This document shows positions 1-8,728 of a stretch of 64,000 nt of DNA, one piece after another. Source of the DNA: Alphaproteobacteria bacterium (GTDB lineage: Bacteria; Pseudomonadota; Alphaproteobacteria; Bin95). Below the pieces are notes generated by a model that saw only the letters and a program-made list of their open reading frames with translations, ran no database searches and had not been told where the DNA came from. The position numbers were made by a program, and so were the translations under genes. The first letter of the stretch is position 1. Every line of letters starts with the position of its first letter. The DNA lies in the NCBI GenBank assembly GCA_963665325.3, contig OZ224045.1, forward strand, positions 2,112,001-2,176,000. Reading direction: 5' to 3'.

Positions 1-1986
1 GGCGATCGCCATCAGCTCCTCGGCGACGAACCCGACATCGCCCTGGCGGCGCCAGACTGCGGAGATCATTCGGGTGACGGCCGTAACCCAGGCGTGGTGC
101 CGGGCGTCCTTCGTGGCGATGAAGATCTCGAAGGGACGGTTGTTGCCGTCCCGGTCAATGGTGTGGTTCAGCGTCAGGTAGAAGGCGTGCTCGCTGCCGG
201 GCCAGGGGACCTTGCGGGTCTGGCCGTGGAGGACGGAAGGCCGGTCCATGACGGTAGGGGCCGGCTCTCCGGGGCTGTCGCCGTCCGCGACCAGGATCGC
301 GCCGGTGATGTCGTTCGGCCGGTAGGTGGTGCAGCCCTTGCAGCCGGACTCCCAGGCGAGGAGGTAGATGTCCCTGAAGGCCTCGAAGGATATGTCCCTC
401 GGGACGTTCACGGTCTTGGAAACAGCGCTGTCGATATGCGCCTGGGCGGCGGCCTGCATCCGGACATGGTCCTCGGGAGATATGGTGCCGGCGTCGACGA
501 AATAGTCCGGAGGCAGCTCGTCGCCGCGCAGTCGGCGCCAGAGCGCCATCGAAGCGGATTCGACCCGCTCTTCGGTATGGGTGTTGTCCGGCTGCAGGAC
601 CCGGCGCGTGTAGCTGTGCGCGAAGACGGGTTCGATGCCGCCCGAGACGTTGCCGGCAACCAGGGAGATCGTGCCGGTCGGCGCGATCGAGGTGAGGTGG
701 GAGTTCCGGAGTCCGTTGTTGACGATGAAATCCAGCGTTTGCGGGTCGAGCTGCCTGGTGGTCTTGGTTTCGAGGAAGTGCTCGGCGTCCCAGAGCGGAT
801 AGGGCTCGGTCTCTGCGGCGAGGACCGCGCTTGCGCGGTAGGCGGCCGTCTGCACCATGGAGACGAGGTCGCGGGTGCGCTCGGCGGCGAGCTCGGAGCC
901 GTAGCGGATTCCCAGATACGCGAGCGCGTCGGCCAGGCCCGTGATGCCGAGGCCGAGGCGCCGCTTCGAGAGCGCCTCCTCGCGCTGTTGCTCCAGCGGA
1001 TAGAAGGAGGCGTCAACGACGCGGTCCAGCATCCGCACGGCCGTGCCGACCGTCCAGGCAAGGTGATCCTCGTTGATGTGCGCATCGTCCTCAAAGGGCG
1101 ACCGCACGAAGGCGGCAAGGTTGATGGAGCCCAGCAGGCAGGAGCCCCAGGGCGGGAGGGGCTGCTCGCCGCAGGGGTTGGTTGCGTAAATGGTCTCGCA
1201 GTGCCGGAGATTGTTCGCGGCGTTGATCCTGTCGATGAAGATCACGCCCGGTTCCGCGCAGTCGTAGGTCGAGCGCATGATCCGGTCCCAGAGTTCGCGG
1301 GCCGAGACCGTGCGATGGACTTCGCCGTTGAACACGAGGTCGTGGCCACCGTCCCGCTTGACCGCGTCCATGAAGTCGTCGGTGACCAGAACCGAGAGGT
1401 TGAACATGCGCAGGCGCTTGGCGTCGCGCTTGGCTTCGATGAACTCCCCGATGTCGGGATGGTCGATGCGCATCGTGCCCATCATGGCGCCGCGGCGGCT
1501 GCCGGCGCTCATGATCGTCTTGCACATGCTGTCCCACATGTTCATGAACGAGAGCGGCCCGGATGCGTCGGCGCCGACGCGGTGGACCGGGGCGCCCTTC
1601 GGACGGAGCGTCGAGAAGTCATGGCCGATGCCGCCTCCGGCCTGCATGGTCGTGGCGGCGTCCTTCAGCGCGTCCATGATGCCGTCGAGGCTGTCGTCGA
1701 TCCGGCCGAGCACGAAGCAGTTGATGTTGGTGACGCGCCGGTCCGTCCCGGCGCCGGCGAGGATCCGGCCGGCCGGCAGGAACTTCCAGCCGGACATGGC
1801 GTCCATGAACATCTGCTTTTCGGTGTCGTTCCCGGCCAGGAAGCCGGCAACGCGCCGGCGGGTGTCGTCCATCGTCGCGTCGACCGGCGTACTGTCCCGC
1901 TCCTTGAAGCGGTATTTCATGTCCCAGATGGTGTGAGCGACGGGCGGGAGCAGCTCGTCGCTGTCGGGCAGTGTCGCGGCGTCCAT
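1..1986 (-). CDS. nrdJ: Class II (adenosylcobalamin-dependent) ribonucleotide reductase, runs off the left edge
   Basis: Own translation of the minus frame from ATG 1986 (GGAGG upstream): FLPAGRILAGAG, TNINCFV, GGGIGHDFSTLRP, ATNPCGEQPLPPWGSCLLGSINL, IAPTGTISL, GCKGCTTYRP, then a TSCPD-like tail. Missing from the ORF track because there is no stop in the window. Confidence 0.93.
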   Translation of the reverse strand, partial: MDAATLPDSDELLPPVAHTIWDMKYRFKERDSTPVDATMDDTRRRVAGFLAGNDTEKQMFMDAMSGWKFLPAGRILAGAGTDRRVTNINCFVLGRIDDSLDGIMDALKDAATTMQAGGGIGHDFSTLRPKGAPVHRVGADASGPLSFMNMWDSMCKTIMSAGSRRGAMMGTMRIDHPDIGEFIEAKRDAKRLRMFNLSVLVTDDFMDAVKRDGGHDLVFNGEVHRTVSARELWDRIMRSTYDCAEPGVIFIDRINAANNLRHCETIYATNPCGEQPLPPWGSCLLGSINLAAFVRSPFEDDAHINEDHLAWTVGTAVRMLDRVVDASFYPLEQQREEALSKRRLGLGITGLADALAYLGIRYGSELAAERTRDLVSMVQTAAYRASAVLAAETEPYPLWDAEHFLETKTTRQLDPQTLDFIVNNGLRNSHLTSIAPTGTISLVAGNVSGGIEPVFAHSYTRRVLQPDNTHTEERVESASMALWRRLRGDELPPDYFVDAGTISPEDHVRMQAAAQAHIDSAVSKTVNVPRDISFEAFRDIYLLAWESGCKGCTTYRPNDITGAILVADGDSPGEPAPTVMDRPSVLHGQTRKVPWPGSEHAFYLTLNHTIDRDGNNRPFEIFIATKDARHHAWVTAVTRMISAVWRRQGDVGFVAEELMAIA

Positions 1987-2057
1987 GATAGGCCTCCGTC
2001 TGTTCGGTCCGCCTCGAAGAGGCTTCCCTCAAACTCCTGGGTTCGACCGGTTTCCGG

Positions 2058-2294
2058 TCATGGAAGATCCGGGGGGGCGTCGTCCGCATAGAGACCCGCA
2101 CAGGCGGGGTTCGCTGCGGCCTGTATCTGCGCGGCGCAGCCGGAACAGAGATCCGCTTCGATCCACCGGCACGGCCCGTCGAGTGCGTCCGCGCAGGCGT
2201 TCCTGTCCGAGTGGCGGCACTCGCGGTAGACTTGGTCTTGCGGTTCCGGCGGCGGGAGTTCCCGGCAAAGCCTCTCGGACGGGGCGTCAGCCAT
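2058..2294 (-). CDS. Small Cys-rich hypothetical protein
   Basis: 78 aa with 7 Cys; 8-nt overlap with the upstream ORF; co-oriented directly before nrdJ. Confidence 0.5.
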   Translation of the reverse strand: MADAPSERLCRELPPPEPQDQVYRECRHSDRNACADALDGPCRWIEADLCSGCAAQIQAAANPACAGLYADDAPPDLP

Positions 2295-2628
2295 GGTCCA
2301 GAAGTCTCCTGACTTGCGATTTGGCGCGGCGCAGGTCTGCGCTGAAATATTTCGGTGCCTGCCGCGGGAGGTGCGTCCGCAACGGCGTGGTCGCCTGCCA
2401 TTCAGTTCTGCCCCGGCCCAGCTTGACGAGCTCGCCCAGGAGATTGCGGACGTGTCCTCCCCTTCCGGTCCGCTGGACCCAGAAGACGGGCACGCTGCGA
2501 CGATCCCATGTCGGAAGGAAACCGTCCGGCTCCGTGTGGAGCTTTCCGAAACGCACGGTCACAGCGAGAGTCCTCCCGGGCGTGTAGGGGGTTGCGTCCG
2601 TCGACTCGATTTCGGCCGTGTCAGCCAT
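2287..2628 (-). CDS. Hypothetical protein
   Basis: 113 aa; 8-nt overlaps with both neighbours suggest translational coupling. Confidence 0.55.
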   Translation of the reverse strand: MADTAEIESTDATPYTPGRTLAVTVRFGKLHTEPDGFLPTWDRRSVPVFWVQRTGRGGHVRNLLGELVKLGRGRTEWQATTPLRTHLPRQAPKYFSADLRRAKSQVRRLLDHG

Positions 2629-3094
2629 GGCGTGCCCGGTCGAGAAGACCGTCCAGGGTCGCGGGCCGAGCGCCGGCCTGCAGGCATTTCAGCAGTTGCT
2701 GGTGATGCTCCTGGGACATGCCAGCGATCCGGACGAGGTCCCTCTTGCGCTCTGCGATGCGTGTGTCGGCCAGCTCGGCCTGAAGGGCCGGGGGGATGCG
2801 TTCGGCGATACGCACGGTCACCTGGATGGATCGGGTCGTGCAGCCGAGAACGCGCGCAGCGAAATCGGTGAAGCCGTATCGCTCTGGGTCGGGAACGTCG
2901 GATTGACGGTCCTCGCGGTTGCTGCCGGCGCGGAAGGCGGCGGACTGGCGATCTCCACCATGAGCGGTCGCCGGGTAATGCCGTTCGTGACGGCGCTTCC
3001 CGCGGGCAAGCGCTTGCGCCTGTTCCAGGGCGGTGAGCCGGCCGAAACGTTCGGGAAAGTCCGGAGCGGTGAGGAGGGGGACTGCTTTGGCCAT
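2621..3094 (-). CDS. ParB-derived HTH protein lacking the N-terminal CTPase domain
   Basis: MAKAVP start; LTALEQAQALARGKRRHERHYPATAHGGDRQS and IAERIPPALQAELADTRIAERKRDLVRIAGM align by eye to the C-terminal half of the ParBs at 4197 and 5817. Confidence 0.75.
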   Translation of the reverse strand: MAKAVPLLTAPDFPERFGRLTALEQAQALARGKRRHERHYPATAHGGDRQSAAFRAGSNREDRQSDVPDPERYGFTDFAARVLGCTTRSIQVTVRIAERIPPALQAELADTRIAERKRDLVRIAGMSQEHHQQLLKCLQAGARPATLDGLLDRARHG

Positions 3095-3258
3095 ATGCCT
3101 GTCCTTCAGGCCGTCTTGCCTGGCAGCGAACCGCGAGGCGCCGGTTGTGTGCAGGGAGGGCAAGGTGGATTGCCGCGGCATCGCCGGTGGGCGGCGACCG
3201 TGACACGGGAGCCGCGCGCGTTTAGCATCGGGCAGCGTCGACGACCGGAGTGAACGGT

Positions 3259-3837
3259 ATGAGTGCGCAGGGAGCGTTGCGGCGGTCCAGGTCGGCCCGC
3301 AGGGCCAGCTACCGGGACGTGCTCGACGCGCCGGCGCACATGGTCGCGGAGATCGTCGAGGGCGCGCTGCACATGCAGCCGAGACCGGCCAGTCGGCACG
3401 CACTGGCGGGATCGTCGCTCGGAATCGAGATCGGAGGCCCGTTCCAGAAGGGCCGGGGCGGACCCGGCGGCTGGTGGATCGTCGACGAGCCCGAGCTCCA
3501 TTTCGGGGAGGACGTCGTTGTGCCGGACCTCGCCGGCTGGCGCCGGGAGCTGATGCCCGACTATCCGGACGTGCCTTATTTCACGCTGGCGCCGGACTGG
3601 GTGTGCGAGGTTCTTTCGCCTTCGACGCGGAAGTTCGACCTCGAGAAGAAGCGCCCGGTCTATGCGCGGGAGGGCGTCGGTCACCTCTGGTTCGTCGATC
3701 CCGGTGCGAGAACGCTGGAGGCGTTCGCCCTGGAGGATGGCTCCTGGAAGCCCGCCGGCGCGGCGCGGGACGATGACCCGGTGTCCTTTCCGCCCTTCAA
3801 GGCGGTGACCTTCCCGTTGGACGCTCTCTGGCCCTGA
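3259..3837 (+). CDS. Uma2/DUF820 family PD-(D/E)xK endonuclease-like protein
   Basis: EIVEGALHMQPRP, VVPDLAGWRR, APDWVCEVLSPST, YAREGVGHLWFVDP. Confidence 0.9.
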   Translation: MSAQGALRRSRSARRASYRDVLDAPAHMVAEIVEGALHMQPRPASRHALAGSSLGIEIGGPFQKGRGGPGGWWIVDEPELHFGEDVVVPDLAGWRRELMPDYPDVPYFTLAPDWVCEVLSPSTRKFDLEKKRPVYAREGVGHLWFVDPGARTLEAFALEDGSWKPAGAARDDDPVSFPPFKAVTFPLDALWP

Positions 3838-3960
3838 CACTGTGTGAACCGGCCCGGGTCGCGTTCGGCCCGGTTCGGTCATGGCCATGCAGCCGCAACG
3901 CCAGGCTACAGCGGTGCCGTATCTCCGTTTGGAATCCATGACAGGATTGAAAGCGGGAAA

Positions 3961-4080
3961 ATCAAAGTGGGGATAATTCACATTTGATCGGCCGTGAGGC
4001 CGATTTTCAAAGTGGGTATTGTACCAACTTTGATCGGTGCGGGGCCGGAAGACCAAAGTGGGTATTATACCAATTTTGAT
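3961..4080. repeat. Three near-palindromic 26-27 bp AT-rich repeats with 46-bp period (candidate parS/operator array)
   Basis: CAAAGTGGGGATAATTCACATTTGAT (3963-3988), CAAAGTGGGTATTGTACCAACTTTGAT (4008-4034), CAAAGTGGGTATTATACCAATTTTGAT (4054-4080); 19-bp GC-rich spacers. Confidence 0.85.
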
Positions 4081-4196
4081 TTTTTCGGCGCCCGGCGCAG
4101 GCCTGAAGGCCGCCTCGATCAAGGAGAGACAATAGCGCGACGCGGCGGTTGTTGCAAGGGGTGCATTCATCTGTTTGTCGGGCCTCGATAGGCTTG

Positions 4197-5102
4197 TCAG
4201 GAACTCGTGGGTTGTCCGGCGCCGCCCTGTCCGTTCATGAGCTCGAGCCAGGCGATGAACTCTTCTTGCTCTTCGGCGCTGGCGGCGATCCACAATTTCT
4301 GGAGGCGCTCCAGGGTGGTCTTTTCCGGGGAAGGTTCGGCACCGGCGGGTGGCTCCGGAGCTTCGTCCGGTGGCTGTTCCTGTTCTCGGCGGGGATAGAC
4401 GTCGGACAGGGCCTCGACTTCGTAGTTGGCGCTCTGGAGGTCCTGTAGAAGGGCGTCCTGTTCGTCTGAGTCCATGCCGGAAATGGTGAAGAGGTCGCCT
4501 TCGCGGTGCGCGATGGGTGTCATGGCGAGCTCCTCGCGCAGCTCGTCGGTGATCTTGTCTCCAATACGGAGCGCCCGGCGGATCGTGTAGGAGCTGAAGG
4601 GAGTGAACGATGCGGTTGCGGCGACGAAACCCTGCTGCGAGCCATCGGCGTTCTGGTCCTGGAAGTCGCTGCTTCTTCGGTCGCCTCCGCGCCGGGTCTC
4701 CGGATAGAGGCGCTCGTAGATCTGCTTGCGCCGAGAGAGGAACAGGCCGCGGTCGAGCGGGTTGAGCTCGGCGCGCATCAGGTTCTCGTCGATCTCGAGC
4801 AGGGCCAGCGTGTCCTCGTCGAGCAGGTCGAGAACGAAGGCCTCGATATGCGGCCAGGCCAGGAAGCGTGCGGCCTGGACGCGATGGGCGCCGGAGACGA
4901 GCGCGTAACGGTCGCCGTCCATGCGCACCTGGATCGGATACTGAAGCCCGTGCAGCTTCATGCTCTCGGCAAGGTATTGGACGGTTCCGCCGTTGACGGT
5001 CCGGAGGCGCTTGCCGAGATCGATCAGGTCCAGCTCCAGAAGGACCGTCTGGCGGGGTTGTTCCCGCACGATGACGGGGGCGGCGGCCGGAGCGTCCATC
5101 AT
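4197..5102 (-). CDS. parB: ParB family protein, full-length (copy 2)
   Basis: LAESMKLHGLQYPIQV, LVSGAHRVQAA (GxxRxxA), EIDENLMRAELNPLDR, YPETRRGGDRRS, HTH. Confidence 0.9.
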   Translation of the reverse strand: MMDAPAAAPVIVREQPRQTVLLELDLIDLGKRLRTVNGGTVQYLAESMKLHGLQYPIQVRMDGDRYALVSGAHRVQAARFLAWPHIEAFVLDLLDEDTLALLEIDENLMRAELNPLDRGLFLSRRKQIYERLYPETRRGGDRRSSDFQDQNADGSQQGFVAATASFTPFSSYTIRRALRIGDKITDELREELAMTPIAHREGDLFTISGMDSDEQDALLQDLQSANYEVEALSDVYPRREQEQPPDEAPEPPAGAEPSPEKTTLERLQKLWIAASAEEQEEFIAWLELMNGQGGAGQPTSS

Positions 5103-5281
5103 TCTTCTCCTTCAGGCCCGTCGGGTAGTGAGGGGATCGTTGGATGTGCGCTGTCCGGTTCGGGCCAGGCGTCCTGGAGGGGGTCGAAGATCTGCTTTCG
5201 TGCCGCGAGCAGGCGGGCGCGGTCGAGCGGAGCAAGTCCCGGTCGGCGCGGCGCACCATCCATGTCGGCCAGGGCGGTCAT
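5099..5281 (-). CDS. 60-aa mini-ParB fragment (single conserved helix)
   Basis: MTALADMDG...GLAPLDRARLLAARKQIFD matches ELNPLDRGLFLSRRKQIYE of ParB; ATGA overlaps at both ends. Confidence 0.6.
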   Translation of the reverse strand: MTALADMDGAPRRPGLAPLDRARLLAARKQIFDPLQDAWPEPDSAHPTIPSLPDGPEGEE

Positions 5282-5820
5282 GACCCTGCATCCGGGTCGG
5301 CAAGCCACTCGCGGAATTCGTCGCGCTCGGCCCGGGAGGAGTTGCGCCAAATGCGCTTGAAGCGGTCGAGATTGCTTGGGGTTGGCGCCGGCGCGTCCGG
5401 GTTCGCCATGAGAGCGGACAGGGTGGCAGGCGGCTGTGCCGCTTCTTGCAGGCATCGCAGTAGCTGCTGCTGGTCGTCAGCGTCCATGTCGGCGATTTGC
5501 TCCAGGTCTCGAGTTCGCCTGGCAATCGGTGTGTTTGCGAGAGCGTCCAGGAGCGAGATTTCGATCCGCGCTCCGATCCTGGCGGCACGCTGGATGGTGC
5601 GCATGGACCACGGTGTCGACGCGGCGGCAACTGCCGCGAATGAGGGTGGGCGTTCCGTGGCTGTGATTTCGCGTAGAAACTGAGGGATGCTGAGGTGGGC
5701 GCCTCGTTTGGTTTCGGGATAGCAGTGCTCGTAGACCTGTTTCTCCTTCGCCAGATAGCGTGCGCGGCCCAATGGAGTTAGCGAGGTGAAAACATCGTCG
5801 TTTTCGGGCGAAGTGCTCAT
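5278..5820 (-). CDS. ParB-derived HTH protein lacking the CTPase domain
   Basis: LTPLGRARYLAKEKQVYEHCYPETKRG, WSMRTIQRAARIG, TPIARRTRDLEQIADMDAD; ATGA overlaps. Confidence 0.8.
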   Translation of the reverse strand: MSTSPENDDVFTSLTPLGRARYLAKEKQVYEHCYPETKRGAHLSIPQFLREITATERPPSFAAVAAASTPWSMRTIQRAARIGARIEISLLDALANTPIARRTRDLEQIADMDADDQQQLLRCLQEAAQPPATLSALMANPDAPAPTPSNLDRFKRIWRNSSRAERDEFREWLADPDAGS

Positions 5821-6755
5821 TTCTGTTCATCCGCGTGCTGCTGCTGGAGCCAGGTGTAAAACCGCCGCTGATGGGATTGAGGCGTCTTGTCCCAGAGTTT
5901 CTGCAGACGCTCGAAGGGGTCGGGTCTGGATGAGGGCCTGTAAGGGTTCGTCGTAAGAGCGGAGAGAGAGAGCGGCTGTCGTTCCGCGTTCTGGATGCGT
6001 TGCAGCAGGTCCTGCTGCTTGTCGGCGTCCATGTCGGCGATGCGCTCCAGGTCTTTCCGCCGACGGCCAATTGGCGTGCCGGAAAGAGCCTTGCGAAGGT
6101 CGGGATCGAGCCGCTCCCCGATGCGGGTGTAGACGTGAATCGTGTGGGGGGACCACCGGGTTGAAGCCGCGGTATCTTCGACGAATGAAAGCGGACGGGC
6201 TTGGGGGGTGTCATGGCCCTCTTGATCAAGTTGTCGTTTCGACAGGTTGATATTATTTCGGTATTGCAAGCTCTTACGATCTCCCCCGTGCCTGGTTTCC
6301 GGATACAGGCGCTGGTAGATCTCCTTGCGCGTGGCGAAGAAATGGGCCCTGTCGACCGGATCGAGCTCGGCGCGGCAAAGGTTCTCGTCGACTTCGAGAA
6401 GTCTCGCCTCTTCCTCCTCCAGGTCATCGACCAGGAATGCCTCGATGTGCGTCCATCCGAGCTTGCTGGCTGCGGCGATGCGGTGGGCACCCGCGATCAG
6501 ACGGAACCGGCCGGGCTCGATGGTCCTGATCTGTATGGGGTAGATCTGCCCGCGGGCCTCCATGGATTCCGCGATGTGGTCGACGGCTGCCTCGTCAACC
6601 GACCGAAGCCGGTCCTCGACTTCGATCATGTCGATCGGGGTTGGCAGCGAACGGCGGTGGGGAACCGCATTCGGTAGGTTGGCTGCTTCCGGAGCTCTGG
6701 GTGCGTTGGATTTTCCCTGGGCCATCTTGGTTTTGAGCTTGGCAAGGCCGGTCAT
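5817..6755 (-). CDS. parB: ParB family protein, full-length (copy 1)
   Basis: IAESMEARGQIYPIQI, LIAGAHRIAAA, EVDENLCRAELDPVDRA, YPETRHGGDRKS; ATGA overlap with parA. Confidence 0.9.
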   Translation of the reverse strand: MTGLAKLKTKMAQGKSNAPRAPEAANLPNAVPHRRSLPTPIDMIEVEDRLRSVDEAAVDHIAESMEARGQIYPIQIRTIEPGRFRLIAGAHRIAAASKLGWTHIEAFLVDDLEEEEARLLEVDENLCRAELDPVDRAHFFATRKEIYQRLYPETRHGGDRKSLQYRNNINLSKRQLDQEGHDTPQARPLSFVEDTAASTRWSPHTIHVYTRIGERLDPDLRKALSGTPIGRRRKDLERIADMDADKQQDLLQRIQNAERQPLSLSALTTNPYRPSSRPDPFERLQKLWDKTPQSHQRRFYTWLQQQHADEQK

Positions 6756-7432
6756 CGGGAATCTCCGTTGGGTCGGGAAGCGTCCGAAACGACGGTGAGT
6801 GAGGGTTCCGGCCAGGCGAAGACGGCTGCAGCGAAGGCGCGCGCCTCGGCTGCGGCAGGGGATCCGGGCGTGAATTCGCTCACGCCAAGGCCGTAGGTGC
6901 AGGCGTGGGCGAAGGCGGACCGTTGACGAAGCATGGTCGGGAGGATCGGAATCTTCTCGTCCAACAGGAGTTGCCGGGCTATGCCGACCAGACGGTGACC
7001 GCGCGTCGGTGCTGCCGAGAAGACGATGACCGCTGACGTCTGCGCCATTCGGCAGACGTCGAGGGTCATCCGGATCGAGGCGAGGTCGAAAACCTGGGGC
7101 CGGCAGGGAATGACGACGAGGGTGGCGAGTTGGGCCGCGGCCAGCATTGACATGTCCGTGTGTCCGGGTGTGTCGAGGACGATGACCTCGTAGCCCCGCT
7201 GGGCCGCCCCGCCGATCTCACGGGGGAGCCGGCTCGGCTGGGTCGTGATGACGTCTGGGAAGGGCTTCTCGCGGAGATCGCTCCAGGTGCCGGAGGAGCC
7301 CTGCGGGTCGGTATCCACGATCATCGCCCTCTTTCCGGCCAGGCAGGCCTCGACCGCGAGGTTCGTGGAGATCGTCGTCTTGCCGGATCCGCCCTTCTGG
7401 GAGATGACGGCGTAGATGTCGGGTTCGGTCAT
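6752..7432 (-). CDS. parA: Short ParA family partition ATPase (no N-terminal HTH)
   Basis: Deviant Walker A QKGGSGKTT, VDTDPQGS, VLDTPG, VIPCRP. Confidence 0.92.
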   Translation of the reverse strand: MTEPDIYAVISQKGGSGKTTISTNLAVEACLAGKRAMIVDTDPQGSSGTWSDLREKPFPDVITTQPSRLPREIGGAAQRGYEVIVLDTPGHTDMSMLAAAQLATLVVIPCRPQVFDLASIRMTLDVCRMAQTSAVIVFSAAPTRGHRLVGIARQLLLDEKIPILPTMLRQRSAFAHACTYGLGVSEFTPGSPAAAEARAFAAAVFAWPEPSLTVVSDASRPNGDSR

Positions 7433-8340
7433 GGATTTACTCCGTTGGCTTGGTCGGCGCCGGCGGAACGGCGGCGCGAAGATGCAAGGAGGTCGGCAAC
7501 AATGCGGTCGAGGTGGATTTGGTCAGAGGAGGCGCGGTCGATGATTTGACGGACGAGAGTGGTGGGGTTCCTGCTGCTGCTGGTTGCATGGTTTGCGCTG
7601 GAGAGAATGACTGCGACGGCCGCGCCGTGGGCGCGAAGTAAGGTGCGGAGAAGTTGCCAGGTCTTGTCCGAAACCCCAGCGTCGAGACTGAGGTCATGGC
7701 GGGCTTCGCGGATAACCTCGAGCCAGCCTGCGTCGGGTGAAAGTGGCTGCCAATCAGGGTCGATCAGCCGGAGACAGGCATGGACATCTGCAAGGGAAGG
7801 CAAGTGATCGATCGCGTAGGGGGGAGCGGGGTGACGGAGATTGCGTAGCTCTGTGAGAAAGCATGCGCATGCTCTGTCGAGATGGATTTCCTTCGCGTTC
7901 TCGGAGTCTCCCAATGTGTCGGTGAAGTTGTGCCGGGGTTCCGAGGGGAAGGGGCGAATGAGGCCGATCGCATAGGAGAGTATGTCGGCGGCGCTCCCGG
8001 GGCGGTCGCCGATTTCTGTGAAGATGCGCTGGGGCTCGGCGTCGAAGGGACGAAGGAGATCCATTGCGGCGGATAGAATGGAGGCGGTGGCGGCCGCACG
8101 GTCCCCGATTCTGCCGGATACGCGTTGCCAGGCGGTTTGAGGGGAATAGGTAATGCCGAGCCAGGGTTCCGAGATTTCGATGTTGACTTGCTGGGCCCGG
8201 ACCACGAGTTCGTCCCACGTATTGGGAACCGGACCGGGAGCGGCGTAGAGGAAGAGCTCGACAAGGCCGAGGAGATCGCGGAGCACCGGGAACGGCGGCA
8301 GCGAAAACACGGGGCTTTCACGAGGGGGTTCGAGCGTCAT
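7429..8340 (-). CDS. Protein with two RepC C-terminal-like domains
   Basis: TWDELVVRA...LGI...AWQRVSGRIGDRAAATASIL and GWLEVIREARHDLSLDAGVSDKTWQLLRTLLRAHGAAVAVIL...NPTTLVRQIIDRASSDQIHL resemble the RepC C-terminus; AAGGA RBS; ATGA overlap with parA. Confidence 0.7.
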   Translation of the reverse strand: MTLEPPRESPVFSLPPFPVLRDLLGLVELFLYAAPGPVPNTWDELVVRAQQVNIEISEPWLGITYSPQTAWQRVSGRIGDRAAATASILSAAMDLLRPFDAEPQRIFTEIGDRPGSAADILSYAIGLIRPFPSEPRHNFTDTLGDSENAKEIHLDRACACFLTELRNLRHPAPPYAIDHLPSLADVHACLRLIDPDWQPLSPDAGWLEVIREARHDLSLDAGVSDKTWQLLRTLLRAHGAAVAVILSSANHATSSSRNPTTLVRQIIDRASSDQIHLDRIVADLLASSRRRSAGADQANGVNP

Positions 8341-8507
8341 GTGAGCTGTCCTTTCGGGCGGTCCGGTCGTGGGCTTGAGGCCGTTCTGTGTGTTGGAATG
8401 CTGTGGGCGCTGGCGTAGCCGGTGCTCTGGAAGCGCTTCCGGTCGATGGTGGCGGCCCGGGCCGGCGCCGAATTGAACGGCGCTGCCGCAGGCTGTAGGA
8501 TCGGCCC

Positions 8508-8708
8508 ATGGACAGGTACAGAATCGGTGGCGAGCCGCCCGCCATACCGGGATTCCCGGAGGACTGGCGCGACCGGATCAAGGCCGACCTCGCGGCCCAG
8601 CTTGAGGCCGGGGGCACGCTCTACAGCCTCCGCCCGGACGGTGCCTATGTCGCGCGCACCAGGGAGGGAGACCGGGTGCTCGGTTGGCCCGACTGGGAGT
8701 GCGACTGA
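8508..8708 (+). CDS. Small protein, putative antitoxin partner of the zeta-like toxin
   Basis: 66 aa, directly upstream of and co-oriented with the P-loop gene. Confidence 0.5.
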   Translation: MDRYRIGGEPPAIPGFPEDWRDRIKADLAAQLEAGGTLYSLRPDGAYVARTREGDRVLGWPDWECD

Positions 8709-8728
8709 CCCGGCAGGCGCCGTTCGCC

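Noticed and set aside
94-2091. 665-aa plus-strand ORF
   Set aside because: Antisense shadow of nrdJ in high-GC DNA; no recognisable motifs
3961-4080. CRISPR array interpretation of the three palindromic repeats
   Set aside because: Spacers are only 19 bp, the repeats are degenerate, there are only three units and no cas genes; a protein-binding array fits better
3106-5259. 717-aa minus-strand ORF
   Set aside because: Arg/Pro-rich off-frame read-through across parB, the repeat array and Uma2
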